Positions 1 through 8,905 of a stretch of 64,000 bases of DNA are shown here, piece after piece. The notes beneath the pieces were generated by a model. It had not been told where the DNA came from and made no database searches. It worked only from the letters and a program-made list of their open reading frames with translations. The stretch lies in the NCBI GenBank assembly GCA_038327995.1, contig JBBQLP010000010.1, forward strand, positions 3,851 through 67,850, read 5' to 3'. The position numbers and the translations under genes were made by a program. The stretch is from Caulobacterales bacterium. Lineage in GTDB: Bacteria; Pseudomonadota; Alphaproteobacteria; Caulobacterales; Caulobacteraceae. Within the stretch, counting starts at the first letter, position 1, and each line of letters begins with the position of its first letter.

Positions 1-157
1 TGCAATTCCACAAACCCAATACTTGCCCGACCGACCACAAGTCAGCCGACACGTGCGCACAAGGCTCTCCACCGCTATGCCAGTGGACGGATTTTGCCAA
101 TTCGCTAACTTGGGGCTCACAGAGCCAAAGGTGTCTGACTACACAAAGGAGAAAACG

Positions 158-1003
158 ATGGCGGCGTTGGACCTGAAACCCCTATCGAACCATGTGGGTG
201 TCGAGGTGATTGGCGTCGATCTGAACAGCCTAGACCACGATGGAATGGCGACCATACGCGCCGCCCTGGCTGAGAGTGGGGTGGTGTTCGCGAGGGATCA
301 GAACATGACCCCCGAACAACATATCCGCTTCGCCCGCCGCTGGGGCGACATCGACGTTAATTCCTACTTCCCCGCCAATGGCAACCATCCCGAAATCGCT
401 GAAGTTCGCAAAAGCGAGACCCAGACCGTTAATATTGGCGGCGGTTGGCATACCGACCACAGCTATGACCAGATCCCGGCCATGGGCTCAATCCTAATGG
501 CGCGGGAAACGCCGCCGTCTGGAGGAGACACGTTGTTTTCTGGTCTCAGCGCCGCATTTGACAGCCTATCCGACGGGTTGAAGACGACCCTGCGCGGGTT
601 AAAGGCGGTGCATTCGGCCGACCACATTTATAGCGAGGACGGTGTCTATGCGAAGACGGACCAGGCGGCAGACCTGAAAGGGCACGACATCCGCACGCAT
701 GCGGTGCATCCGGCAGTGATCTGGCATCCGACGACCAAGCGAGAGATACTCTACGTAAACCCCGCTTTCACCTTGCACTTCGAGGGATGGACGCGCGAGG
801 AGAGCTTGCCCGTGCTTCAGCATCTCTATGCCGTGGCCATGCGACCAGAGTTTCACTGTCGCCTCCATTGGGCGCCGGGCTCAATCGCCATCTGGGACAA
901 TCGCTCCACCTGGCATTTTGCCATAAACGACTATAACGGCCATCGTCGGCTAATGCATCGCATCACACTGTCGGGCGAAGTGCTGAGCGGCCCTGCTGCC
1001 TAA
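158..1003 (+). CDS. TauD/TfdA-family Fe(II)/2-oxoglutarate dioxygenase (taurine dioxygenase-like)
   Basis: ORF 23..1003. It has the WHTDHSYD (HxD) iron-binding motif and a C-terminal WDNRSTWH...RRLMHR, both typical of the TauD family. The ATG at 158, preceded by AAGGAG at 146-151, is preferred over the TTG at 23. Confidence 0.85.
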   Translation: MAALDLKPLSNHVGVEVIGVDLNSLDHDGMATIRAALAESGVVFARDQNMTPEQHIRFARRWGDIDVNSYFPANGNHPEIAEVRKSETQTVNIGGGWHTDHSYDQIPAMGSILMARETPPSGGDTLFSGLSAAFDSLSDGLKTTLRGLKAVHSADHIYSEDGVYAKTDQAADLKGHDIRTHAVHPAVIWHPTTKREILYVNPAFTLHFEGWTREESLPVLQHLYAVAMRPEFHCRLHWAPGSIAIWDNRSTWHFAINDYNGHRRLMHRITLSGEVLSGPAA

Positions 1004-1041
1004 CTGATAGTCGAAAAGTCCGTAGGTGACGTCGGCAGCCG

Positions 1042-1686
1042 CTATCCGACGACCTCGCTCAGATTCATTCCTGGCCCCTGCGCCACCTTGGCTTTGCCAT
1101 AAGCTGGACGAGCGCTAAGGCGATTCCAATAATCTCGCGTGTTTGAACCGAAGCGTTCCGACAGACCGAGGATTTCGGCGAACATCAGCGCGTAGCCGAC
1201 AGAAATGTCCGCCATTGTGAATCTGCCAGCGCATAGAAATGCCTGCGTTTCCAAGGTGCGTTCAACATGGCGAAGGCGCGAAAGGAACCACCGGGAATAG
1301 TCGTCCACGATCTGAGGCTGCCTGCGGTCTACGGGTTCCAAACGACTGTATCTCAGGACAAGCGCCTGCGGAAATGTCAGCGTCGCCTCGCCAAAAGCTA
1401 GCCAATTTAGCCAAGCGCCGTAGTCAGGCTCCGTTTCGCCTACCGCAAGGCTGGAGGTTTCCTGGCGGACGCTAAGATACTGCAGGATCGCCGCTGACTC
1501 AGTCATCCTCACCGATCCGTCTTGGAAGAAGGGAACGGTCCCGAGCGGATTGATCTTGAGGAACTCCGGCGAGGTGAGGCGCGGCGGAAAGGCGAGCAAA
1601 TGAAGTGTGTATGGGACGTCAAGCTCTTCGAGCGCCCATAAGACGCGGAACGACCGGGCATCTGGTGAGTGATAGAGATCAATCAC
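1042..1686 (-). CDS. glutathione S-transferase family protein
   Basis: ORF 1042..1755. It shows an N-terminal thioredoxin-like GST fold (IDLYHSPDARSFRVLWALEEL, GTVPFF) and a helical C-terminal domain. The start is uncertain. The GTG at 1686, with AGGAA 7 nt upstream, gives a typical 214-aa GST. The ORF-track start at 1755 is a TTG. Confidence 0.8.
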   Translation of the reverse strand: MIDLYHSPDARSFRVLWALEELDVPYTLHLLAFPPRLTSPEFLKINPLGTVPFFQDGSVRMTESAAILQYLSVRQETSSLAVGETEPDYGAWLNWLAFGEATLTFPQALVLRYSRLEPVDRRQPQIVDDYSRWFLSRLRHVERTLETQAFLCAGRFTMADISVGYALMFAEILGLSERFGSNTRDYWNRLSARPAYGKAKVAQGPGMNLSEVVG

Positions 1687-2160
1687 AGGCGGGTTCCTAC
1701 GGCATTCGGCTTCGTGTGGGCGGGTTACACCGCAGCTGGATATGACCTGCGGCAAGCCCGGCGTCGAGTGGCGTAGATCAGCTGTCCACGCTCAGCCGCA
1801 CTTCCCGAGTTTGCTTCCAAAAGGCCTGGAGTGCGTTTCGGGCTTCCTCGACCCAATCATAAGTCGTCCACACCCGCAGCCGAAACCGAATGCACAGAAC
1901 TGATAAGGTCTGCTTAGTTCTCAATTGAAGGTGTCTCATGGCAGACAGCGACCTGATCGTTCATGGCTGTATGGTCGCTGGTCGGGGAGCCTGAGTTGAT
2001 GGCCCTCGAACGTGCGGTAGGGTCGGTCGTGTCGTGACGCGCCGTTTATCGTAAGGGACCTTTCTAGTGCGGGCCGCAGCATGCTCCTCACGCGACGAGC
2101 CGACGATCGTTGGATGATTGAAGCCATACCGCGGCCTCAATCCGCAGGCTCGCTCACAAC

Positions 2161-2394
2161 ATGACCTTTCACATCACCGCCTCGAACAAAACCGGGCCCA
2201 TTAAGCTCGCAAGACGGACTGCGAAGGAAGCATTCGAACTTGCCAGAAGTTATCGAAGCAAGGGCTATGAGGCGATCAACGTTACGAACGTCGAGACGGG
2301 CGAGACGTTCGCGGAGCCCGACATCGTCGAGAACCGAATGCCAGCGAGTCCGACTAGCGGCCCCAAGGCTTCGGTCTTGCCGCTTGACGGATAA
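2161..2394 (+). CDS. hypothetical small protein (77 aa)
   Basis: ATG-initiated ORF with coding-like third-position G/C bias. I recognise no motif. It lies in the lower-GC left-edge patch. Confidence 0.4.
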   Translation: MTFHITASNKTGPIKLARRTAKEAFELARSYRSKGYEAINVTNVETGETFAEPDIVENRMPASPTSGPKASVLPLDG

Positions 2395-2723
2395 GCGTTG
2401 AGCCTGGCGGTTGGCTTTGTGGCCTGTGCGTTATTCGCCCGGCTAGGGCCTAGAAGGTCAGGCAGTGACGCAAAAACATTCGCCTAAATCTGTTGGCACG
2501 CGACCGTTTGAGAAGGATTCCAGGCGCATCGCCGGCCGAAAGGGCGCGACATTTGTTGGTATCATTGTTGGTATCGAGCCTCCCGGATGGTCATCAGCCT
2601 ATTGTAGTAAAACAACAATCCTCGCCAGTGCGGGTCCCTCCGGGCCTACCAGTCGCACGCCTCGTATGGGCGGTGCGCCTACCCCGGACGATCTTGTCGC
2701 CCGGGGCCTTGGCGAAACGCCGA

Positions 2724-3284
2724 TTACGGCATCAACACCGTATCAACCACGTGGATAACGCCGTTGGACTGATTCACGTTGGCGATGGTCACGGTGGAAG
2801 TTCCGCCTTTAGCGTCGGTCAGCATAACGTGGCGATGGCGGACCGAGACCTTTAAGGGCTCGCCTTGTACGGTGGTCAGTCTGCCACCATGCCTGCCTAG
2901 CTTCATCAGGTCGGCGGCGGAATATTTGCCGGAAACCACATGATAGGTCAGGATTTTGGTCAGCGTATCCTTGTTCTCGGGCTTCACCAGCGTGTCGACC
3001 GTGCCCGCCGGAAGCTTGGCGAAGGCTTCGTTGGTGGGCGCGAAGACGGTGAACGGACCGGGACCTGAAAGGGTGTCCACCAGACCCGCGGCCTTGACGG
3101 CTGCAACGAGCGTAGTGTGGTCCTTCGAGTTGACCGCGTTTTCGATGATATTTTTGGAAGGATACATGGCCGCGCCGCCGACCATGGGGTCGTGCATCGC
3201 CATATGCGCGAAGGCGGCGGGGGCGGCGGTGAGCGACAGGGCGAGGAGAGAGGCCGCGAACAGGCGGCGGGGAGTATTGGACAT
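2724..3284 (-). CDS. secreted fasciclin (FAS1) domain protein
   Basis: ORF 2724..3425. The internal ATG at 3284, preceded by GGAG, gives a signal peptide (MSNTPRRLFAASLLALSLTAAPAAFA). FAS1 motifs are present: TVFAPTNEAF, ILTYHVV, VIHVVDTVL. Confidence 0.85.
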   Translation of the reverse strand: MSNTPRRLFAASLLALSLTAAPAAFAHMAMHDPMVGGAAMYPSKNIIENAVNSKDHTTLVAAVKAAGLVDTLSGPGPFTVFAPTNEAFAKLPAGTVDTLVKPENKDTLTKILTYHVVSGKYSAADLMKLGRHGGRLTTVQGEPLKVSVRHRHVMLTDAKGGTSTVTIANVNQSNGVIHVVDTVLMP

Positions 3285-3376
3285 GGGAGCGCTCCAGATT
3301 GCTTTCCCTTGGTTCGGGAATGCTGGAGCTACGATCTTGGGCGTCCAAGGGATGCGTCGGGTGGCCGCAATGGCGC

Positions 3377-4417
3377 TCACACTACTGGCTGCGGCTTGCT
3401 GCGTACCCATTGCGACAGCACCCACTTTTCTCCACTGGTCGGGGGCAGTCCGGCGTGCACTGTGCGAGGGTCCACCCGATCTTCGCCATCCACGCTGAAG
3501 AAGAAAAGAGCGTCGCCAGTCTGGCCCTTGAAGCGGTAGTGCATTTCGGGAAACTCAGTCTCGCCACCCTCGTAGCTGTCGTTCAGATAGAGGAGGAAGG
3601 TGGCGATCCTCTGCCCCTCGCGCGCCAACACCTGGGCAAAACCGGGGACGTCCGGGTTCAGGAAGTCGAAATGGTGGTCAAAGCTCTGCCCTACCGAATA
3701 GTGCAGTACATTGGGGGCCTCCTGAAGATCTCGCGCCAAGCCGAGCGCAGCGGCGATGCGCGTGCGTAGCAGGGCCAGCACCACGTCCCCGTCGAATAGG
3801 GCGAACCCTGCGCCGGAGTTGGTGCGCATATTGGGTTGAGGGTTGGCGGTGGGGCCCGGCTTATAGACGCCGGTCTGTTTCAGCCGTCCTTGGGCGCGGG
3901 AGATCAGCCAGTCGCACGCCGACTTGGGTGCAAACGCCCGCACCACGCCGATGCGTGGCGATGTGCTGACGTCTTGGACTGGCAAGGGCTCCAGCCAAGT
4001 CCCGGGATCGTCGCCGATAATGGCCAGTTGCGGCGCGGCGCGAGGATCGCCTCGTTTGCTGGCGATGCGTAGCCAGCGCAGGGCTTCTCCCCAGTTCTGC
4101 TCCAGTCCGACGCCGTTGGCGCGCAGCACCGCCGCCATGTGGGCGGCGTCTGCCCCGCCCGCCGCTGCAGCTCCTTCGATCAGAACCGAGCCCTTGACGG
4201 GGTCGAGTGGAGCCGCACGCCCCACCGTCAAACGCGCGCCGAGATAGCTCATCGATGGAGCGTGCCCGGCGTCTGCGGCTATTTGCAGCCAACCCACAGC
4301 CACATCGTGCCGCCCCTCGGCGTCGAACAGGCGGGCGAGGGCGAACTGGGCGTCCGGGTCGCCGGACCGCGCCTTGGCCTGGAATTCAGCGCTGGTGATG
4401 GTTGCGGTCGTACTCAT
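3377..4417 (-). CDS. Sel1-repeat protein fused to a 2OG-Fe(II) oxygenase (prolyl 4-hydroxylase-like) domain
   Basis: The N-terminal half has Sel1/TPR-like repeats (DPDAQFALARLF, GHAPSMSYLGARL, GDPRAAPQLA). The C-terminal half has P4H-type motifs: HHFDF (HxD), TFLLYLN, GDALFFF, RTVHAGLP, KWVLSQW. Confidence 0.8.
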   Translation of the reverse strand: MSTTATITSAEFQAKARSGDPDAQFALARLFDAEGRHDVAVGWLQIAADAGHAPSMSYLGARLTVGRAAPLDPVKGSVLIEGAAAAGGADAAHMAAVLRANGVGLEQNWGEALRWLRIASKRGDPRAAPQLAIIGDDPGTWLEPLPVQDVSTSPRIGVVRAFAPKSACDWLISRAQGRLKQTGVYKPGPTANPQPNMRTNSGAGFALFDGDVVLALLRTRIAAALGLARDLQEAPNVLHYSVGQSFDHHFDFLNPDVPGFAQVLAREGQRIATFLLYLNDSYEGGETEFPEMHYRFKGQTGDALFFFSVDGEDRVDPRTVHAGLPPTSGEKWVLSQWVRSKPQPVV

Positions 4418-4537
4418 GCGTCCGTCACGGGAACCTTAGGGATTGGCGTAAGAGCTAACCGGCAACAGCCGGCGGCGCCAGTGTCCCCTACAGGCGGCGC
4501 CCTCGCCAATCCGGCCGCGCACGCCTAAATAGCGCTG

Positions 4538-5704
4538 ATGGACGCTGCCGCTCTCCTTTGGGAAGACCCGACCCTCGCCGCCGCCAAGGCCGCTACGGGG
4601 CTGTCAACTGGTGCGCGCGTGGTTGCGGCAATGTCCGGCGGGGTGGACTCAACTGTTGTCGCGGCCCTGCTGCATCGGGCCGGATATGACGTAGTGGGCG
4701 TGACGCTGCAACTCTATGACCACGGCGCGACGGTGAAAAAGGCAGGCGCCTGTTGCGCCGGGCAAGACATCCGCGACGCCCGCATGGCCTCCGAACGCAT
4801 GGGCGTGCCGCACTATGTGCTCGACTACGAAAGCCGCTTTCGCCAGGAGGTGATCGACGATTTCGCCGACGCCTATCTGCGCGGCGAGACGCCCATTCCC
4901 TGCATCCGCTGCAATCAGACGGTGAAGTTCCGGGACCTTATGGATGTGGCTCGCGACCTGGGGGCAGAAGCCATGGCCACTGGCCACTACGTCCGCCGCG
5001 TAGATGGGGCGCACGGGCCGGAACTTCACCGGGCGCACGATCCGGCGCGCGACCAGAGCTATTTCCTGTTCGCCACCACCCGTGAACAGCTCGCCTATCT
5101 GCGCTTTCCGCTGGGCGATCTGCCCAAGAGTGCGGTGCGAGAGGCGGCGAGGGCGCTGGGCATGGCGGTGGCGACCAAGCCGGACAGCCAGGACATCTGT
5201 TTCGTGCCCGAGGGCAAATACTCCACCCTGATCGACAAGCTGCGCCCGAACGCGGCGGGGGCAGGCGACATTGTGCATCTGGATGGGCGGGTGCTGGGGC
5301 GTCACGAAGGCGTCACCCGTTATACCGTAGGTCAACGGCGGGGGCTCAACGTCGCCGTGGGCGATCCTTTGTTCGTGGTGAACATCGAACCGGATACGAA
5401 ACGTGTGATCGTTGGTCCGCGCGAGGCGCTCTTGACCCGCGCCCTGACGCTGAAGGAGACCAATTGGCTCGGCGACGAGCCGACCATCGGAGACGCCGCG
5501 ACGGCGGGAAAGGCCGTGCTGGCCCGCGTGCGCTCCACCCGCGATCCGGTTCCGGCGCGGCTGGTCAGGGGGGAGGGCGTCTTGGTGGTCTTTGACGCAG
5601 CAGAGGAAGGCGTCTCCCCCGGACAGGCCTGCGTCCTCTATGACCCCGCAAATCCCAGCCGGGTGCTCGGCGGCGGATTTATCGCCACCACCGAGCGGGC
5701 CTGA
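4538..5704 (+). CDS. mnmA: tRNA 2-thiouridine(34) synthase MnmA
   Basis: It has the PP-loop SGGVDSTV, the conserved CCAGQD and IPCIRCN cysteines, and DQSYFL. Length and domain order fit MnmA. Confidence 0.92.
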   Translation: MDAAALLWEDPTLAAAKAATGLSTGARVVAAMSGGVDSTVVAALLHRAGYDVVGVTLQLYDHGATVKKAGACCAGQDIRDARMASERMGVPHYVLDYESRFRQEVIDDFADAYLRGETPIPCIRCNQTVKFRDLMDVARDLGAEAMATGHYVRRVDGAHGPELHRAHDPARDQSYFLFATTREQLAYLRFPLGDLPKSAVREAARALGMAVATKPDSQDICFVPEGKYSTLIDKLRPNAAGAGDIVHLDGRVLGRHEGVTRYTVGQRRGLNVAVGDPLFVVNIEPDTKRVIVGPREALLTRALTLKETNWLGDEPTIGDAATAGKAVLARVRSTRDPVPARLVRGEGVLVVFDAAEEGVSPGQACVLYDPANPSRVLGGGFIATTERA

Positions 5705-5710
5705 CGCAGC

Positions 5711-7519
5711 CTAGTTCTGCGGCTTGTTCGCGTCGTTCTGGCCGGGCCCGTCCGGCCGCTGGCCCTTGTGCTGACCTAGGTTGGGCTTGTCCGGGTGCGA
5801 GGGCGCGCCCTGAGCCTTTGCCGCATCAGCTACCACCTTGGCCTTGGTCTCGGCGGCGACCTTCGCCTGTTGGGCTGCGACTTTGGCCTGTTCGGTCGCG
5901 ACTCTGCTCTGGGCGTCCGCCGTAGCCTTTTGCGCCGCCGCTAGTTTCGCCTGCTCCTGCTGGACCCGCGCGGCCTGTTCCTGGACCCGTTGCTGGGTCT
6001 GGACCTGCTGCTGTTGCGCCTGCGCCGCCTGAAGGGCGGCCGCCTGCTGGGCACGCTGCTGATCTACGACCCGCCTTGCAGCGTCCTGTTGGGCTCGCGC
6101 CTGTTGTTGCTGGGCGACCGCTGCGTCGCGGGCGGCTTGGCGCGCCGCATCCTGTTGAGCACGTTGTTGAGCCTGCGCCGCCTGATCGGACTGGTGGCGA
6201 GCAGCGTCCGCCGCGGCCTGTTGCTGGGCTTGTTGGGCGCGGGCTGCCTGCGCCTGATCGGCGTTCCTGCGAGCGGCGTCCTGTTGCGCCTGTTGTTGCT
6301 GACGCGACTGGGCTGCGGCTTGAGCATCCGCCTGCGCCCGAGATTGCGCAGCCGCCTGTTGCCGCTGCTGATCAGCCTGCTGGCGTTGCTGATCTTGCTG
6401 CTGCGCCTGGGCTGTTGCCTGCGCCTGTTGCTGCTGAAACTGCAACTGACGCTGCTGGTCAGCCTGCTGGCGCGATTGATCTTGCTGTTGAGCGCGGCGT
6501 CCGGCGTCAAAATTCCGGTCGCCCGGCCCACCGAACTGCTGCCCGCCCTGCGATTGCGTTTGAGTGGGCGGAGCGGCGTCCCGATTCTGGTGATGATCTG
6601 AAGCGCGCCCAAGCGAGTAAGCGGCCGCTGCGGCGACAAGCGCGGTAGCGAGGCTCGATCCGCTGCCTCCAACGTTCACATCCTGACGCCGCTGGTCATA
6701 GCGTCCCTGGTCGTAGGTGCTTCCGAGAACGTCGTTGTAGCGCTGCGCCTCGATAGCCCGGCGATCCTGCTCGTCCTGCCAGTAGGCCTGTTGCTGGGCG
6801 GCGTGCTCGTCGTGATAGGCGCGCCAGTCCGCGTATTGCGCCTGCTGCTGCTCCCAACGGGCGCGGTCGGCGTCGATGGCGGCGCGGCGCTCCTGCCAGC
6901 GAGCGGCGGCGACGGCCTGACGGTCGCGGGTCAGGGCGGCGTTGTAGAGTTGCTTGGCGCGGTAGAGATAACGGCCCGCCAGATCGGCGCGCTCATCGAC
7001 AAAGGCCGGATCAAGCGTTCGACCCTGGTTGTCATAGACCACCACAAGCTGGCCGTTGGAGTAGCCGTAGCTGTATTGCGGGTCCTGCACCAGGTAGGGG
7101 TTGGCCTGCCCCGCGTCATAGTAATAGTAGCGTTGGCCCTCTGGCGTGCGCTCGACCACGCGGGTGGAACGGTTGCTCCGCCACACCCACGGGCGGGTGC
7201 CGTTGTAGTCGAAGGCGTAGTCGGGGGGCGTGTCGCCCAGCACTCGCGAGGTCTGATAGGCGCGGTCGGCGTAGGCATAGCGGTCGCGCGGCGCGGCCAC
7301 CCGACCGATGGTCGCGCGCGGCGCGGCGGGCAAGGCGCTTCCGATCGGCGCAGCGTTGGACGGGGCCGTGTCGGTGGTTGTCAGCGGCAGCGGCGGCGGC
7401 TGGTCGAGCACGGCCGAAGTCTGATTTCCCGGGCCGCTCTGGTTGCAGCCAGCCAGAGTCGCGGCGGCCAGAGCGGCGATCAGCGCCAGCTTCGATGAGG
7501 TGTCTCGGAATGAGGTCAT
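5711..7519 (-). CDS. lipoprotein with a long Gln/Ala/Arg-rich low-complexity C-terminal region (function unknown)
   Basis: ORF 5711..7597. The ATG at 7519, with GGAGGA upstream, gives a signal peptide plus lipobox (LALIAALAAATLAGC). After a Tyr/Trp-rich globular part comes a hydrophobic G/A patch (SLATALVAAAAAYSLG). This is followed by roughly 290 residues of QQAQ/QQDAARR-type repeats. Confidence 0.7.
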   Translation of the reverse strand: MTSFRDTSSKLALIAALAAATLAGCNQSGPGNQTSAVLDQPPPLPLTTTDTAPSNAAPIGSALPAAPRATIGRVAAPRDRYAYADRAYQTSRVLGDTPPDYAFDYNGTRPWVWRSNRSTRVVERTPEGQRYYYYDAGQANPYLVQDPQYSYGYSNGQLVVVYDNQGRTLDPAFVDERADLAGRYLYRAKQLYNAALTRDRQAVAAARWQERRAAIDADRARWEQQQAQYADWRAYHDEHAAQQQAYWQDEQDRRAIEAQRYNDVLGSTYDQGRYDQRRQDVNVGGSGSSLATALVAAAAAYSLGRASDHHQNRDAAPPTQTQSQGGQQFGGPGDRNFDAGRRAQQQDQSRQQADQQRQLQFQQQQAQATAQAQQQDQQRQQADQQRQQAAAQSRAQADAQAAAQSRQQQQAQQDAARRNADQAQAARAQQAQQQAAADAARHQSDQAAQAQQRAQQDAARQAARDAAVAQQQQARAQQDAARRVVDQQRAQQAAALQAAQAQQQQVQTQQRVQEQAARVQQEQAKLAAAQKATADAQSRVATEQAKVAAQQAKVAAETKAKVVADAAKAQGAPSHPDKPNLGQHKGQRPDGPGQNDANKPQN

Positions 7520-7711
7520 GGCGATAAAATCCTCCAGAAGCTTAAGCGTTCCGCTCAGGCTGCGTGTCACCTGTGGCGGATTTGAGATGAACGGCACTGG
7601 AACGGCGAGGGTCGGGGTTGTTCATCTCACGCTCGCCGCTCGTTCGCTGAGCGCTCGCTCAAAGATGCCAACCGTCCTATATCTCATTCCGAACCGTCTA
7701 TCGGAGCAGCC

Positions 7712-8905
7712 ATGTCCACCGTTTCAGACCCCATCGTCATCTGTTCCTACGCCAGGACGCCCATGGGTGGCTTTCAGGGCGCGCTCGGGACCGTGAAGGC
7801 CACCGCCCTCGGCGCTGCGGCGGTGAAGGCAGCGCTGGAGCGATCGGGGGCCAGGGCCGAAGACGTGGAGCAGATCATCATGGGCTGCGTCCTTCCCGCT
7901 GGCCTCGGACAGGCCCCTGCGCGCCAGGCGGGGCTGGGGGCGGGGCTTCCGCTCGGCGTCGAGGCTTCGACTGTCAACAAGATGTGCGGATCGGGGATGC
8001 AGGCGGCGATCATGGCCCACGATGCGTTGGCGGCGGGCAGCGCCGATATCATAATCGCCGGGGGTATGGAGAGCATGACCGGCGCCCCCTACGTGATGGC
8101 GAAGCACCGCTCCGGCGCCCGCATCGGCCACGACGTCATCTCTGACAGTATGTATCTCGACGGGTTGGAGGACGCCTATGAGCCCGGCAAGCTGATGGGT
8201 GCGTTCGCCGAGGATAGCGCCCGCACCTACCAGTTCACTCGCGAACAGCAGGACGCCTACGCTGTCGAAAGCCTTTCCCGCGCGCGTAAGGCGACAGAGA
8301 GCGGCGCCTTCAAGCGGGAAATCGTCGCCGTCGAGGTCGCCACCCGGAAGGGAACCGAGACGGTAAGCCAGGACGAGCAGCCGATGAAAGCCGATCCCGC
8401 CAAAATCCCGACCCTGAAGCCCGCCTTCTCGAAAGACGGCACGATCACCGCCGCCAACGCCTCCTCCATTTCCGACGGCGCCGCGGCTCTGGTGATGACG
8501 CGGGAGTCGGTTGCACGCGAGAAGGGTCTGACGATCCTGGCCCGCGTGGTGTCCCACGCCACCCACGCGCACGAACCGGCCCTCTTCACCACCGCCCCCG
8601 TGCCGGCGATGCGCAAGGCGCTGAAGAAGGCGGGGTGGACGGTCGATGATGTGGACCTTTGGGAGATCAACGAGGCCTTCGCAGTGGTGCCGATGATCGC
8701 CATGCAGGAGATGGGCCTCGAGCACGCCAAGGTGAACGTCAACGGCGGCGCTTGCGCCCTTGGCCACCCCATCGGGGCGTCCGGCGCGCGCATCCTGGCG
8801 ACGCTCCTCTCGGCGCTGGAGGCGTCGGGCGGGACGAAGGGGATGGCCTCGCTCTGTATCGGCGGTGGCGAGGCGACGGCCATGGCGGTGGAGTTGGTGC
8901 ATTGA
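7712..8905 (+). CDS. acetyl-CoA C-acetyltransferase (thiolase II)
   Basis: It has the thiolase active-site regions VNKMCGSGMQA (Cys), NVNGGACALGHPIGASG and CIGGGEATAM. GGAG lies 6 nt upstream of the ATG. Confidence 0.92.
   Translation: MSTVSDPIVICSYARTPMGGFQGALGTVKATALGAAAVKAALERSGARAEDVEQIIMGCVLPAGLGQAPARQAGLGAGLPLGVEASTVNKMCGSGMQAAIMAHDALAAGSADIIIAGGMESMTGAPYVMAKHRSGARIGHDVISDSMYLDGLEDAYEPGKLMGAFAEDSARTYQFTREQQDAYAVESLSRARKATESGAFKREIVAVEVATRKGTETVSQDEQPMKADPAKIPTLKPAFSKDGTITAANASSISDGAAALVMTRESVAREKGLTILARVVSHATHAHEPALFTTAPVPAMRKALKKAGWTVDDVDLWEINEAFAVVPMIAMQEMGLEHAKVNVNGGACALGHPIGASGARILATLLSALEASGGTKGMASLCIGGGEATAMAVELVH

Noticed and set aside
1936-2127. A 63-aa minus-strand ORF in the 1756-2160 spacer.
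   Set aside because: Its translation is Arg/Ser-rich with no SD and no motif. I treat the spacer as non-coding apart from the weak 53-codon candidate at 1778-1939, discussed in the findings.
2465-2855. Two overlapping plus-strand ORFs (97 and 120 aa) in the spacer downstream of the 77-aa ORF, running into the fasciclin gene.
   Set aside because: They have non-ATG or weak starts and low-complexity Pro/Arg/Gly translations. They overlap the 3' end of a well-supported minus-strand gene. No motif supports them.
4455-4505. A direct repeat of GGCGGCGCC (twice, 13 nt apart) in the spacer between mnmA and the P4H gene.
   Set aside because: It is a short, low-complexity GC motif expected by chance at this base composition, with no supporting context.
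7592-7606. A sigma54-like element, CGGCAC-TGGAA-CGGC, upstream of the thiolase gene.
   Set aside because: The GG and GC dinucleotides are correctly spaced. However, the T of TGG and the TT of TTGC are missing, and a thiolase is not an expected RpoN target. It is most likely a chance match in GC-rich DNA.
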